A stretch of DNA of 57,494 nucleotides from a virus (Duplodnaviria; Caudoviricetes), in IMG/VR virus record IMGVR_UViG_3300049032_000056, positions 1 through 57,494 of that record. One strand, 5' to 3'. The notes below the pieces were generated by a model, which was not told the DNA's origin, ran no database searches, and was given only the letters and a program-made list of their open reading frames with translations. A program made the translations under genes and the position numbers. Below are positions 7,121-17,788 of this stretch, piece by piece; within the stretch, counting starts at the first letter, position 1; the number at the start of each line of letters is the position of its first letter.

Positions 7121-10100
7121 GAGTACCTATGTATTGGATATGGATCCTTTTCTGTCACCCCTTCGCAAGGGGGTTGCAGAATTGGAGTCTTTTAGAGATA
7201 AATTAAATGAACTATCAAACGACCCTTTTAAGGAGGCGACAAAAGGCGCTGGGGCGCTCGAAAAAGAGCTTACGGACAATACAAAGAAAGTTGTCGAACT
7301 GGAAGCGGTCACTACCCAATACAAGGAGGAAGTAAAGCAGCTTACCTCGGAACTTGCCCGGCAGAAAAAGGAAATGAAGAGCCTTGCCGACGCGAGTAAG
7401 TACAAACAGATGGAGGGGCAGGTAAAAGCCCTGAAAGAAGAAATCAAGAAACTTAACGGCGAGCTTCGCAATACCAGCAAAACCACTTCCGCCTTGTCTC
7501 GGATAAAAGGAGGGTTGCTTGGAGCGATTACAGGCAATTTGACTGGCGGCGGCGCGGGAACGCAGGCTGTTTCTGGGATATTAGGGGCGATCAATCCAGT
7601 ATTAGGAGTTACCGCTGCGCTTCTTGGCAGCGTGGCGACCCGCGCTTTTGAAGCTACCGGGAAGTGGCAAAGTTATAGTGTAGCCTTAAAGAGCTCACTC
7701 GGCTCTCAGCAACTCGCTAACACAAATCTCTCTGTGTTGGAAGAATTGGCCGTTAAGTTACCTATAACACTTAATGAAGCTACACAAGCCTTTCAAATAC
7801 TGGTCAATAGAGGGTTTAAGCCCACAAAAGATGAAATAAATAACCTGTCGGGGTTTGCTGCCGCCAATAATAAGACGATTGATCAATTAATCCAAGCTAT
7901 TGTTGATGCAGAAGAGGGCGAGCTTATTAGGCTAAAAGAGTTTGGAATTCAGGCCAGGACTGAGGGGGATAAAGTTTCTATTACTTTCAGGGGCATCACT
8001 AAGACGTTCGAAAAAGGCGCAAGGGAGAGCACCGCAGCATTTGCCGACCTTGCAAGGGAGTTGGGGAGCGACAAATTAAACGCGGACAAAATGCTGACGC
8101 TCGAAGGAAGAATGTCCAATCTTTCTGACCAAAGCGACAGGGTATCTAGGAAATTTGGCGAGCTTCTTCTGCCGGTATTCGAAGCGGTGCTTAATGTGGT
8201 TAGCAAAACTCTGGGGGTTATTGATAGTGCAATAACCGGCTGGACGGACTTCGACAAGGTTCTTGCAAAAACAGGAAATACGGCTTCTGTCAATACATAT
8301 CCCACGCTGCAAAAATTATTTAACTTATTCAAGTCGGACTCCCAAGAGGGGTTTAGCATTAAAGAGAGGTTTTTCTTGATGCAAGCTGGCTTGGAGAAGG
8401 TTTTGGTTACAGCAGAGGCGACAGCCGCTGTTCTATCGAATCTATTCAACCCACAGCAGATAGCGGTTTCAATGGGTTTATGGAGGCAGGGGATTGATAA
8501 TATAAACAAAACCACAAAAAGGTATTTTCTAGACCAGAGAAGATCACGTAGAAGAGGATCAACAGAAGGTGATTTTGAGTACGACCCCAACTCCCCAGGT
8601 GGTAACACAGGCCCCACGGCAGACGAGATAAAGCTGATGGAAAAGAGGGCTAGGGAATTAGCCAAGCTGGAAGAAAAACTCAAAGACGAACTCCTGAAAA
8701 TTGAAAACGAATACGGCAAAGAGAAGCTGGATGCGCTGAAAGATAACGAACTAGAATATATTGAGGCAAAACGCAAGTACGATCAGGCGCGTATCGATCA
8801 GGAGCAACAGGCTTTGTTAAAGCTCAAACAGCTTGTTTCAGGCGCACGCAGAGGCATGTACGACCGGAACGGGAAAGTGATTGCTGACCAGTCGGCGACA
8901 TTATCAGGGGCGGAAACGGCACCTTTTGACTTCCGTAGGCAGTTGGTGGACGATCAGGCATCAAAAGAACGCGCTGAATTCATCAACAAGGCCGAAAAAC
9001 AGATCACCGAGCTACTTTCCAACGAATTCCAGAAGCAATTACAAGAGATCGAATACCGCTACGAAAAGGAAATAGAGCTTGCCCGTAAAGCTGGAATCGA
9101 TATCGTTAAAATACAGAAGCAAAAGGAGAAAGAGGTTGCGAAGGTATTGTCTGATAAAGGCATTGCAGACCTAGAAAAACAGGCCTTGCAGGAGCAGACC
9201 GACGCGGAGCGAAACATTATCCGGGCGCAGATCGAAGGGCGCACAGACCTTGAATTAGAGGCACGTGCGGGGCTTCTGGAAATCGAAAAGAAATACCAGC
9301 TTGCGAAGATCAAACTCATTGAAGCGTCCGGCGACGAAGAGTCGGAAGCGCGTATTGCAGCCATAAAAAAGGTGATCGATCAGATCGACCTTGAAATAAG
9401 CGAGATTGCCGACAAACAAAAAGATCAGAAAGGCATTGGAAAGTACTTGCAGTCTCAGCTTGGCATGTCTGATGATAAGATTGACGAAACACTTGAAGCG
9501 GCAGAGCTATTTTCGAGTAAGATGCAGTCTATTATGTCGGACTTGTACTCTACCCTAAATAGACTCTCAGAGAACCGAATTCAGCGCATCAATGATGAGA
9601 TAAGCAAAAAAGAGGATCAAGTCCGTACAGAGGAAGAATTGAACAAAGAAGGCGTTGCAAACAACCTTTCTCTGCGCTTAAAAGAGCTTGCCGATCTGAA
9701 AGATGCACGTGAGCGCGCTTTGGAAGATCAAAAGAGGCTACAACGCACACAAATGATTGTGGAGACGGCGACACAGGCAAGCTCAATGATCACGGCAGCG
9801 TCAAAGGTTTACTCAGGATTTGCCGGGATACCCATCGTAGGGGTAGGGCTTGGTATTGCAGCGGTGGCATTAATGCTAGGCGCTTTTGCGGCGGCCAAGA
9901 TAAAGGCATTCCAGTTGGTCAATCAGCAACCGGCCCAATTCGGCGAAGGTGGGGATGTTGGGGGTAATCTGCACCGTGACGGCGGCACACTGATCGAAGC
10001 GGAGAAAGGCGAGTACGTGGTTAACAGACGCGCTACCAGTGAGCACCACGACCTGATTGAGGCGATTAACAACAACGACCGTGGAGGCATTATGGATTAC

Positions 10101-10385
10101 CTGTTAAAAGACCTTTTGGACGGAACAGGGGTGACGATGAATGATATGCAGCGCCGGGAGGGTATAAAGTTGATGACAGAGTTCAGGAAGAGCAATGACA
10201 ATCAGAAGAATGAGGTAGTAGAGAAACTAGAAGAGCTTAAAAAAGAGCTTGAAATGATTAAAGCGGCTACTGGTAGACTTCCCCGTAAATTCCTGCTACC
10301 TATTGGCAACAACAAGATTTACGAAAAGGATATTTTGAGTGGAAGTTGGTCAATAAATGATGTTTCTGATTTTATTAAAAAGTAA
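7107..10385 (+). CDS. Tail tape measure protein
   Basis: 1092 aa; coiled coils, tape-measure N-domain (LPITLNEATQAF..LVNRGF), TM segments, C-terminal GG.H..GG..IEAEKGEYVVN motif. Confidence 0.92.
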   Translation: MANVESTYVLDMDPFLSPLRKGVAELESFRDKLNELSNDPFKEATKGAGALEKELTDNTKKVVELEAVTTQYKEEVKQLTSELARQKKEMKSLADASKYKQMEGQVKALKEEIKKLNGELRNTSKTTSALSRIKGGLLGAITGNLTGGGAGTQAVSGILGAINPVLGVTAALLGSVATRAFEATGKWQSYSVALKSSLGSQQLANTNLSVLEELAVKLPITLNEATQAFQILVNRGFKPTKDEINNLSGFAAANNKTIDQLIQAIVDAEEGELIRLKEFGIQARTEGDKVSITFRGITKTFEKGARESTAAFADLARELGSDKLNADKMLTLEGRMSNLSDQSDRVSRKFGELLLPVFEAVLNVVSKTLGVIDSAITGWTDFDKVLAKTGNTASVNTYPTLQKLFNLFKSDSQEGFSIKERFFLMQAGLEKVLVTAEATAAVLSNLFNPQQIAVSMGLWRQGIDNINKTTKRYFLDQRRSRRRGSTEGDFEYDPNSPGGNTGPTADEIKLMEKRARELAKLEEKLKDELLKIENEYGKEKLDALKDNELEYIEAKRKYDQARIDQEQQALLKLKQLVSGARRGMYDRNGKVIADQSATLSGAETAPFDFRRQLVDDQASKERAEFINKAEKQITELLSNEFQKQLQEIEYRYEKEIELARKAGIDIVKIQKQKEKEVAKVLSDKGIADLEKQALQEQTDAERNIIRAQIEGRTDLELEARAGLLEIEKKYQLAKIKLIEASGDEESEARIAAIKKVIDQIDLEISEIADKQKDQKGIGKYLQSQLGMSDDKIDETLEAAELFSSKMQSIMSDLYSTLNRLSENRIQRINDEISKKEDQVRTEEELNKEGVANNLSLRLKELADLKDARERALEDQKRLQRTQMIVETATQASSMITAASKVYSGFAGIPIVGVGLGIAAVALMLGAFAAAKIKAFQLVNQQPAQFGEGGDVGGNLHRDGGTLIEAEKGEYVVNRRATSEHHDLIEAINNNDRGGIMDYLLKDLLDGTGVTMNDMQRREGIKLMTEFRKSNDNQKNEVVEKLEELKKELEMIKAATGRLPRKFLLPIGNNKIYEKDILSGSWSINDVSDFIKK

Positions 10386-12202
10386 TGGCATTCAGGTACC
10401 GGTTAGAATATGCGACAAGGACAAAGCTCGTTTCTCCAAAAGATCCGGTTAAAATCGTTGTCGCAAAAGAGCAGGAAGAGGCTTTCTTCCGCGAAAAGCT
10501 CACAGGATCGGTAACACTTACCAATGAGGATTACCAGTTCTTGCGTGACGCGGAGACTTACGCGGTCGAGTGCTGCCAAGAAATAACGTTTGTCATTGAA
10601 CGTACTTGCGAGGAAGAAATATTCTGGGAGGGGTATTTTACGCTCTATAACGTCTCATGGAATCACGACAACCAAGAGGCGGTTATCAACAAGATAACGG
10701 TACGGGATAAGTATAATGTGGTCTTCGCCAACTGGCACAAGGAAATTAACTGGTTTGGCGATATTTCACCACGCAGGCCAGCGGCACCGTACATCCCCAT
10801 TCATCCGCTTCAAACGTTCTATCAAACAACGCCTACTTCGACCGAATACAACCCTAACGGATCGAACGTGTACGACCGTGGGTTTTATTTTAACTATGCA
10901 ATCCTGTGGCTGATCCAACAAACTTTATCAGGATCTGGCTCTGAGTCGTACAGCGACATAACGCAAGAACAAATGTCTGACTTCCTTACTGCCCCGGTCA
11001 ATCCGGCCAACGGGAAGCCAAACTACCTACGGGACGTATTGTTAATGCACATCTCAGACGCTAAGAGGCCAGCAGCGTTTAACCCGGCATGGATAGGCAA
11101 GGTTACACTCAGGGATGTTCTTTCTAACTTGAAATTGCTTTACAACGCATGGTGGTACATCGACGAAAATAACCATTTCAGAATAGAGCACGTCAGCTAT
11201 TTCAAAAACTTCTCATACACGCCGGTGGGCGTTACGTTGGACTTGACCGAAGAGCAATTTACAAAGAACATGGTGGGCAAGAATAAGTATTCATACAATG
11301 CCGACGATTTGAACGGAAGGGAAGGGGTGGATCAAACCCTTACATCAACAGCGTTCGATCAGAAATCGCAGATATGGACGCAGTTTGCTAATCCAAGCCT
11401 TCGCGAGTTTTCCAGTGTGTACATGAGCTACCCCGATAGCTGCGTGCCGAAGGATGACAAGGGCGTGGCGGCGGAAAAGTATCAGAACATATCGCTATTC
11501 ACTACCGATTGGCGAACTGTCACCTATAAGCCGGATACGGTTCCTGAACAAGGATGGATGTTGGCGCATGTAGTTTTGTCAGAGGCGAGCACTGGCGTTC
11601 AGCAGGGGTGGGTTCCGATCACTAATGAATATTACCCAAACGGGGCCCTATCTATGTCACGGCTTTTTTATGAGTTTGGCAGGACGGATTTGAGCTTTCA
11701 ATATGGAATGATGACCTTTGAGAAAGAAAGCAAACCGGCATCGCCTGATCCTGACTCTGATTACGTCACAGCAAGGCCAATGAGGGCGAAGTCAACAAAA
11801 AGAATTAAATTGTTCGAGCCTGTTGATCTGCCGATGTGCTGCGGGGATGATTATGATTTCTCAGGGATAATAAAGCACCCTCTGGATGATGAGACATACG
11901 TTCAGAGGATTGAATTTGACCTTGCAGAGGAAAGTGTTTCGGCGACATTGATAGCAACCAATGACTGTGATACCATTCCATTCCCTGAGTATGTGGAAAT
12001 AGAAGAGCCAACGGTGGGGTGCATAGAACAAGGGAGGTTGTTAAGGTCAGAGGAGCAGAGCACGCGGACGGATCACACGCCTATCAATTATGTATACATC
12101 ACCGTTTATATTGATTATTTTGCAGACGGGGAATGCGGGGAATACTACTCAACGAGAGAGTCAAGAAGAGTAACACCAAAAAGGGGTAATGGCCCACGAT
12201 AA
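10385..12202 (+). CDS. Tail tip/hub protein
   Basis: Directly follows the tape measure gene; beta-rich, 605 aa. Confidence 0.65.
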   Translation: MAFRYRLEYATRTKLVSPKDPVKIVVAKEQEEAFFREKLTGSVTLTNEDYQFLRDAETYAVECCQEITFVIERTCEEEIFWEGYFTLYNVSWNHDNQEAVINKITVRDKYNVVFANWHKEINWFGDISPRRPAAPYIPIHPLQTFYQTTPTSTEYNPNGSNVYDRGFYFNYAILWLIQQTLSGSGSESYSDITQEQMSDFLTAPVNPANGKPNYLRDVLLMHISDAKRPAAFNPAWIGKVTLRDVLSNLKLLYNAWWYIDENNHFRIEHVSYFKNFSYTPVGVTLDLTEEQFTKNMVGKNKYSYNADDLNGREGVDQTLTSTAFDQKSQIWTQFANPSLREFSSVYMSYPDSCVPKDDKGVAAEKYQNISLFTTDWRTVTYKPDTVPEQGWMLAHVVLSEASTGVQQGWVPITNEYYPNGALSMSRLFYEFGRTDLSFQYGMMTFEKESKPASPDPDSDYVTARPMRAKSTKRIKLFEPVDLPMCCGDDYDFSGIIKHPLDDETYVQRIEFDLAEESVSATLIATNDCDTIPFPEYVEIEEPTVGCIEQGRLLRSEEQSTRTDHTPINYVYITVYIDYFADGECGEYYSTRESRRVTPKRGNGPR

Positions 12203-12438
12203 TGAATAACTACGTAATCTTCTACCCGGAAGTGGGTATTACACAAAAGAAAACTCTAATTCCTCATTGGATGTATCATATGGGTAAATCCATAAAAGAC
12301 AAAGAGGCGAGGAAAGTTTATTTTGACGGGCTAGGAGATTATTTTACAGACGAATCCCCGTTGTTCTTTGCAATGGGAACAGGAATACTAAACTGTAACG
12401 GCAAACACAAGGTACAATTCTCAAAATGCAATGAATAA
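12202..12438 (+). CDS. Hypothetical protein
   Basis: Translationally coupled ORF, 78 aa. Confidence 0.55.
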   Translation: MNNYVIFYPEVGITQKKTLIPHWMYHMGKSIKDKEARKVYFDGLGDYFTDESPLFFAMGTGILNCNGKHKVQFSKCNE

Positions 12439-15400
12439 CTACTTACACGGATTGCCTTTTGCAGCCGGACCAGCAAGCGCATCGGACTGTAACTGCCCCG
12501 GCCAGGCATTCGACCCTGTTGACTTTAAGCTGTACTCGCAGGATGACCGGTTGCCTACTTTTGTGCTGCGCCTACCCGCGATGGGCGAAAACCCTGACCT
12601 TACCTATGCCGCTGAATGTATCCGCGTCTTTACCTGTGATGGGAAAGAAATGGTTCGCAGTATCACAATGGAAGAGGCTGGTATACGCATCGTAAAAGAC
12701 ACAGCATCGTACTATCTTACTTATGATGGCAGTATCATTGAAGGTATAAAGCTGGAATGCGGCAAATGCTACCGGCTTAAAATCATGTCCTTTTGGTCTG
12801 AATTGTTCTGGGTTACAGACATTCCGCAATCCAAAGTCCTGATCGAGCTATCTAATAAGTCGCAGTTAGGTGATGTGCCGTACCAGGCTCCTTTGAATTT
12901 TGTTCAAAAGATACTGCTAGACGGGGATATCTGCTCGCTAGACGCAGAGCTTTTCCAGAACAAGAAAACGGACGCTAACGGCAATGAAACGGCTACTTTC
13001 CAGCGCATGACAACGCGTAAGAAGTTGACTATATCTTCCGCTCCCGAATTTATCGAACAGATTGCAAAGTCTATCGAGCTTCACAATAATTTCACCGTAT
13101 CCCAAAAAGGCATCACGCACACGCCGATACCGGGCCGGACAACCGTAGAGTCATCGCAGCTTGATTGTTGCCGCTATGACCTGAATATCACGCTACCATT
13201 AAGGGATGTCAACATATTGGGCGGTGTCTGTCAGTCTGACGCGCAAGGAACGCTTGTGGAGGTTGATATTCCAGATGAATTACCCGACTCATGCGAGGTG
13301 GACGGCGACTGGGAATATACAGACGATCCGCCTTTGTGTTTGAAGATAGGGGAGGTTCCGCCGCCGATCACTCCGCCTATTACGCCAGTAGGGACACCAC
13401 CGGTAGGCGCTCCGTGTCCACCCGAAGGAACGGTAGTCAATTCCAACACGCAAACGGTAAGCTGTGAAAATGCTTTCATCTTTGAGGGGCTTCGGTATAA
13501 GAAGAAAGTTACAAAGAGCATTGCGGACGGAAGCTGCGGCACAACACCAGAGGTTCAATACGTTGATCAGTGCCAAGACGACCTTGTTGTCCACACAATC
13601 AGCAATGTAGTATGCCAAAATGTTATACCTGTTCCACCAGTAGGCACGCCGCCGGTGGGTACACCTCCGGTTGGGACTCCGCCAGTAGGAACCCCACCTG
13701 TCGGTACGCCGCCGCCAGTAGGTACGATTGGTACTAATTACGGGGCGTTCAATACAAAGGTTAACGGCAGATATTACACATATAGCAAAGCGCCTAAGTT
13801 TGATATTCAGTTTAACTCTGACGGCACCATCAGCGACGTAACGCCGGGGCTTATAACAACCGGATCTGTAAATATTCAGGACGGGCAGAATGTATTTTAC
13901 ATGCAGGATTACCTTGCCCTTCGCAATGAGGACGGGACAGCGTTTAAGATGCAAAATGCTTACTTCCCTGACATGATAATGACATTGCGCAAGTTTGTGA
14001 TGAACCCCACCAAGTTCCCTGACCAAGCGGCGTTTGACGCGAACGAAAGCGATAGCGGGTACGACACGACAGGCGTTAACATGAAAAACGGGTACGTGGC
14101 AGAAGTTTTCATGTCCATCACTTCTGATATAAAGCAAGGTACCGGGTTGGCCCCCAAAGGATTAACGGTAAGCAGGATTAATAACTTCCTTGACTTTACG
14201 CCAAATCAAGACTGGGCAGCGTACAATAAGTATTGCGCGGTCACATGGATGAACAAGGGTGACTCACAGGCTAGCTTCATACAAAAAGGAGTGCTGCCTA
14301 ACACGCTACTGGGTCAAGGGCCGCAGCCCCAAACGTGGCTCACCTTTAAGAATGGGCAGAATGAGGTAAAGACAGCAGAGCAGCTTTATGATCAAGGCCG
14401 GGCAACAATGTGGCTGTTGGGTAGCTCGCCAAGATCAATCTATACATCTGAGTACATTGAGAACGAGCAGGGGCAAGGGCCCGGAAATGAGTTTTTCAGG
14501 ACGGCGCAGGCGTACAGGGGAGCATTCGACGTGATAACTGAAAATCATCCCGGCACGAACGTTAAAAACACTGGATTATTTGGAGAGTATGGCAGTGACG
14601 ACTACTACGGTTTGTTTGCAAAAGGAATCTTGAAAGCCAGCCGCGCAGACTACGAGCTTTACTTGACAGACAATATCTACAAAAGCCACGGAATAAATGG
14701 TTTCGGGGCCGGAACGCATGAATATTTTACGCAAGGGCAAATCAATTACAGGAACCTGAATAGTAGGTATTATTTCTATCAGCGCAAGTATCATTACGTG
14801 TACGAGTTCTTGACTTGGAACGAGAAAACAAAGTTAAGCACAAAGACTTATGACGGCCAGGATAGGGAACGTTCATGGGCGGTGTTTACTGCGACATCCA
14901 TCGAGAACATGGCAATTGACAATACCGGCAGTAAGGTAGGGATAGAACAAACCAGGACAGGGGAAATTATCCCTTACCCGAATGGAGAGTTATTGACCCG
15001 GTTGAATACTCAGCCACCTATGCCGTGGGGGGCTGCATTCGATGTTGGTATATGGGGCACGCTGCTATCTAGTGCTGTTATTAACTGGGATGCGCCCAAC
15101 TCGCTACTTGGAAGTGACCAAAGTAAGGTGAACTGGTATAGCGATCAACAGGTACAGTGGCGACCAACAGGCTCCGGATCATGGGAGCCGTATGTTCCCG
15201 GACAAAACGGAGCGCCAGCCAACAGCAGTGACGGCCTAAAAAATAGTCTCTTTTCAAGTGTTACCGATGCTTTGATCGCTGGGCGAAACGCACTGTGGGC
15301 TATACGGGACAGGATGCAAAACCTTAGACACGTGCCTTACACGAGTAGTAGGGGTGGGTTTTCGCCAACACCAGGTCAGGCCGGGTATCATTTGAATGGT

Positions 15401-15598
15401 CACGGCCCGGTTAACTGGGGACAGTTCACGGCCAGGGACATTTACGATAACAAGGTAGGCGCGGCGATTCGCGGCGACGGAATGGTGATCTACAAAAACG
15501 AATACCTTCCTGCCAACCTTTACGAAGACAATGTAACTATTGCAGGGCATAACTTAGGTCGGGTTTATGGCGGACAGACGGCTATTGGTTTATTATAA
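12431..15598 (+). CDS. Large tail protein with a Pro-rich linker and a C-terminal putative receptor/carbohydrate-binding domain
   Basis: 1055 aa; Cys-rich N-terminus, (PPVGT)n linker, G/N/T/Y/W-rich C-terminus. Confidence 0.7.
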   Translation: MNNYLHGLPFAAGPASASDCNCPGQAFDPVDFKLYSQDDRLPTFVLRLPAMGENPDLTYAAECIRVFTCDGKEMVRSITMEEAGIRIVKDTASYYLTYDGSIIEGIKLECGKCYRLKIMSFWSELFWVTDIPQSKVLIELSNKSQLGDVPYQAPLNFVQKILLDGDICSLDAELFQNKKTDANGNETATFQRMTTRKKLTISSAPEFIEQIAKSIELHNNFTVSQKGITHTPIPGRTTVESSQLDCCRYDLNITLPLRDVNILGGVCQSDAQGTLVEVDIPDELPDSCEVDGDWEYTDDPPLCLKIGEVPPPITPPITPVGTPPVGAPCPPEGTVVNSNTQTVSCENAFIFEGLRYKKKVTKSIADGSCGTTPEVQYVDQCQDDLVVHTISNVVCQNVIPVPPVGTPPVGTPPVGTPPVGTPPVGTPPPVGTIGTNYGAFNTKVNGRYYTYSKAPKFDIQFNSDGTISDVTPGLITTGSVNIQDGQNVFYMQDYLALRNEDGTAFKMQNAYFPDMIMTLRKFVMNPTKFPDQAAFDANESDSGYDTTGVNMKNGYVAEVFMSITSDIKQGTGLAPKGLTVSRINNFLDFTPNQDWAAYNKYCAVTWMNKGDSQASFIQKGVLPNTLLGQGPQPQTWLTFKNGQNEVKTAEQLYDQGRATMWLLGSSPRSIYTSEYIENEQGQGPGNEFFRTAQAYRGAFDVITENHPGTNVKNTGLFGEYGSDDYYGLFAKGILKASRADYELYLTDNIYKSHGINGFGAGTHEYFTQGQINYRNLNSRYYFYQRKYHYVYEFLTWNEKTKLSTKTYDGQDRERSWAVFTATSIENMAIDNTGSKVGIEQTRTGEIIPYPNGELLTRLNTQPPMPWGAAFDVGIWGTLLSSAVINWDAPNSLLGSDQSKVNWYSDQQVQWRPTGSGSWEPYVPGQNGAPANSSDGLKNSLFSSVTDALIAGRNALWAIRDRMQNLRHVPYTSSRGGFSPTPGQAGYHLNGHGPVNWGQFTARDIYDNKVGAAIRGDGMVIYKNEYLPANLYEDNVTIAGHNLGRVYGGQTAIGLL
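13634..13726 (+). repeat. Coding repeat (PPVGT)x5 + PPPVGT
   Basis: 15-nt units with identical amino acids but different synonymous codons. Confidence 0.95.
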
Positions 15599-15612
15599 CT
15601 CACAAAACAGAA

Positions 15613-17787
15613 ATGGGAACGTTTTCGATTAATACACCAGGAAGACCAGAGCCGCTACTTATAAGCGTTAAGCGTGTTGGTGACAGTACAGAAAGATTTA
15701 TTTCAAGGACTGCCAATACGGTAACTTTTGACGATGACCCCGGCCCCAACATTGCATACGTCAATAAAATAACGGATGCGAACGGCGTTACTTCCACGGC
15801 GAACTTTACGACATCCTGTGAAAGGCCGGAGGACTGTCAAGACGGGCCCTTCTTGCTTGGAATAGTATCATTTAACGCGCTGGAAATTACGTATCAGTTT
15901 CATGGAGTACGCGTTAACCAGATTCGGCGCAGGATCAAGTTAAATGGTGTCATTGTAGACGAAAAGATTGATATCCCTGGCAGCCCGACGGTTAACTCTA
16001 CTTTTAATTCAGCACTTGATAATGGTGATTATGAGTTAGAGATAGAAGGGGCTAGCTGTTCGTCCGAACCATCTGTAATGCCATTTTCTATAACCGAAAG
16101 CGGCGCGGAATTGGCATGGTGGACGGGGTATCCCCGATACAACTACGATCCAACCTCTGACAGGTACAGGATTTTGCTTTCTATTAACAAGGCGATTGAC
16201 GGGGCTTGGTACCTGATACGAAATACTGACACGAACACAATCCTTACGCAGGGGTATGCGAATATGACCCCAGGAAGTGTTTTGGATTACGTGGGCGCAA
16301 TACCGGGCAATTATCACATTGAAGTGGAAACGCTGTCCGCTCAACTTGAAATAACGGAGCCAGACGAGCCGTGCGAAAATGGGCCTGAGTTGTTATCTGT
16401 TACGTCGTTGGGCACTACTCAGACGCAATTTTCTTTCGATGGATTGGGAGTAACTATCGTTGAATATATTATCAAGAATTCTGGCGACCAGATTGTTGCA
16501 ACAGCAACGGTCAACCCGTCAAGCCCTACCGTAACTATCAATCACGTCGCACTATCGCCTGGGGTTTATAATTTAACAATCAAAGGGGCGAACTGCCAAA
16601 GTGAAGAGGGTGTTGTGGATAATCTTGATTTCACCGTGGCTGGCGGCGGCGCTATTGACCTGACCAGCGTCGTAGTTACACAGCAGGAGGACGGAAGGTA
16701 TAAGCTTGCTGTGAATTTCACAGGAGGGGTAGCCAATTATACAATATTGGTTCGCGGTCAGGCCAACAACACAATTGCCTCTTTTGGCAACACCACAGGA
16801 AGCCCGGCAAACGTTGTGTTGCCTTTTGGCATAACGCCCCAGACTGTCAAAGTTTCGGTTATCGATGCGAATTTAGCCTCTGACGAAATAACCAATGTTG
16901 TCCTGCCTCCCGCAGTCCCGAAGTTAAACTTTTTGCAAGCGGAGAACTTTTTCACAGTTCCGACAAAATCGCCAATGGTAGCCGATGGTGCAACCTATGT
17001 GGCAACAGCATCGTCCGCTTATAATTTCGATATCGAGTTCGTATTTCCAAATGGCGGCTTGTGGGACTTCATCGAAAAGAGGCTGAGAAAATTATCGTCT
17101 GGTGTTTATGTCGAAAAGAGCATTTCGTCAGCAACAGGAAACCCGCAAAATTATGCCGTAGGGCCTTCGATTAATAATGAGCGTGCATTCCTGCCAAGAA
17201 ACGGAACGTCGCTAGTTATAGACGGCGAAAACGTATTTAAAACAACCAATACGTGGGAGATCAGATTCAGGGCACGTAAAGGAGGGCCTAACGGCGCTAT
17301 TATTGGCGAGATTACAAGGAGCTTCAACATTAGCGGATCGGCAGTTCCTTTGTCAGGGATTATATTGTATAACCGGAACGGGGATACACTGGGATCTGCA
17401 ATAACAGAGGTTCCGGCAACGGGCGGCGTTTACCCAAAGCCTACGCCAATGTATGATTTAGGGATTACGACGTTCGGCGGGGTTCAGTTCAACCAAGTTG
17501 TTGCTTACTATCGCCAAAAGGTGAACAGTGTATTTACGCAGCGGTGGACGAATAGCAAGAACTGGACTTCATTGCAGACGACAATTGATCCTAGCGATTG
17601 GACAATGTTTGATGGTGCTGACTTTGGTAATGTCCACACTTCTATACTCGCCCCTGTTGCGCAGGAGTGGCAGGTTGAGTTTGTGGCATACAATGGATCG
17701 ACAGTTGTTGGCTCAAAGTCTGCGATATTCAACTTTACAGCGCCCGTTGCCGGAAATTCAGATTTATCAGTCTATTATAGCGAATAA
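15613..17787 (+). CDS. Multi-Ig/beta-sandwich tail appendage protein
   Basis: Two internal copies of C..GP.LL.....F.G..V...G.Y.L.I.GA.C; beta-rich. Confidence 0.65.
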   Translation: MGTFSINTPGRPEPLLISVKRVGDSTERFISRTANTVTFDDDPGPNIAYVNKITDANGVTSTANFTTSCERPEDCQDGPFLLGIVSFNALEITYQFHGVRVNQIRRRIKLNGVIVDEKIDIPGSPTVNSTFNSALDNGDYELEIEGASCSSEPSVMPFSITESGAELAWWTGYPRYNYDPTSDRYRILLSINKAIDGAWYLIRNTDTNTILTQGYANMTPGSVLDYVGAIPGNYHIEVETLSAQLEITEPDEPCENGPELLSVTSLGTTQTQFSFDGLGVTIVEYIIKNSGDQIVATATVNPSSPTVTINHVALSPGVYNLTIKGANCQSEEGVVDNLDFTVAGGGAIDLTSVVVTQQEDGRYKLAVNFTGGVANYTILVRGQANNTIASFGNTTGSPANVVLPFGITPQTVKVSVIDANLASDEITNVVLPPAVPKLNFLQAENFFTVPTKSPMVADGATYVATASSAYNFDIEFVFPNGGLWDFIEKRLRKLSSGVYVEKSISSATGNPQNYAVGPSINNERAFLPRNGTSLVIDGENVFKTTNTWEIRFRARKGGPNGAIIGEITRSFNISGSAVPLSGIILYNRNGDTLGSAITEVPATGGVYPKPTPMYDLGITTFGGVQFNQVVAYYRQKVNSVFTQRWTNSKNWTSLQTTIDPSDWTMFDGADFGNVHTSILAPVAQEWQVEFVAYNGSTVVGSKSAIFNFTAPVAGNSDLSVYYSE

Positions 17788-17788
17788 T

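Noticed and set aside
17528-17788. N-terminal 87 aa of the 614-aa ORF
   Set aside because: It overlaps the upstream gene entirely; the ATG at 17789, 1 nt after the upstream stop, is the more plausible start.
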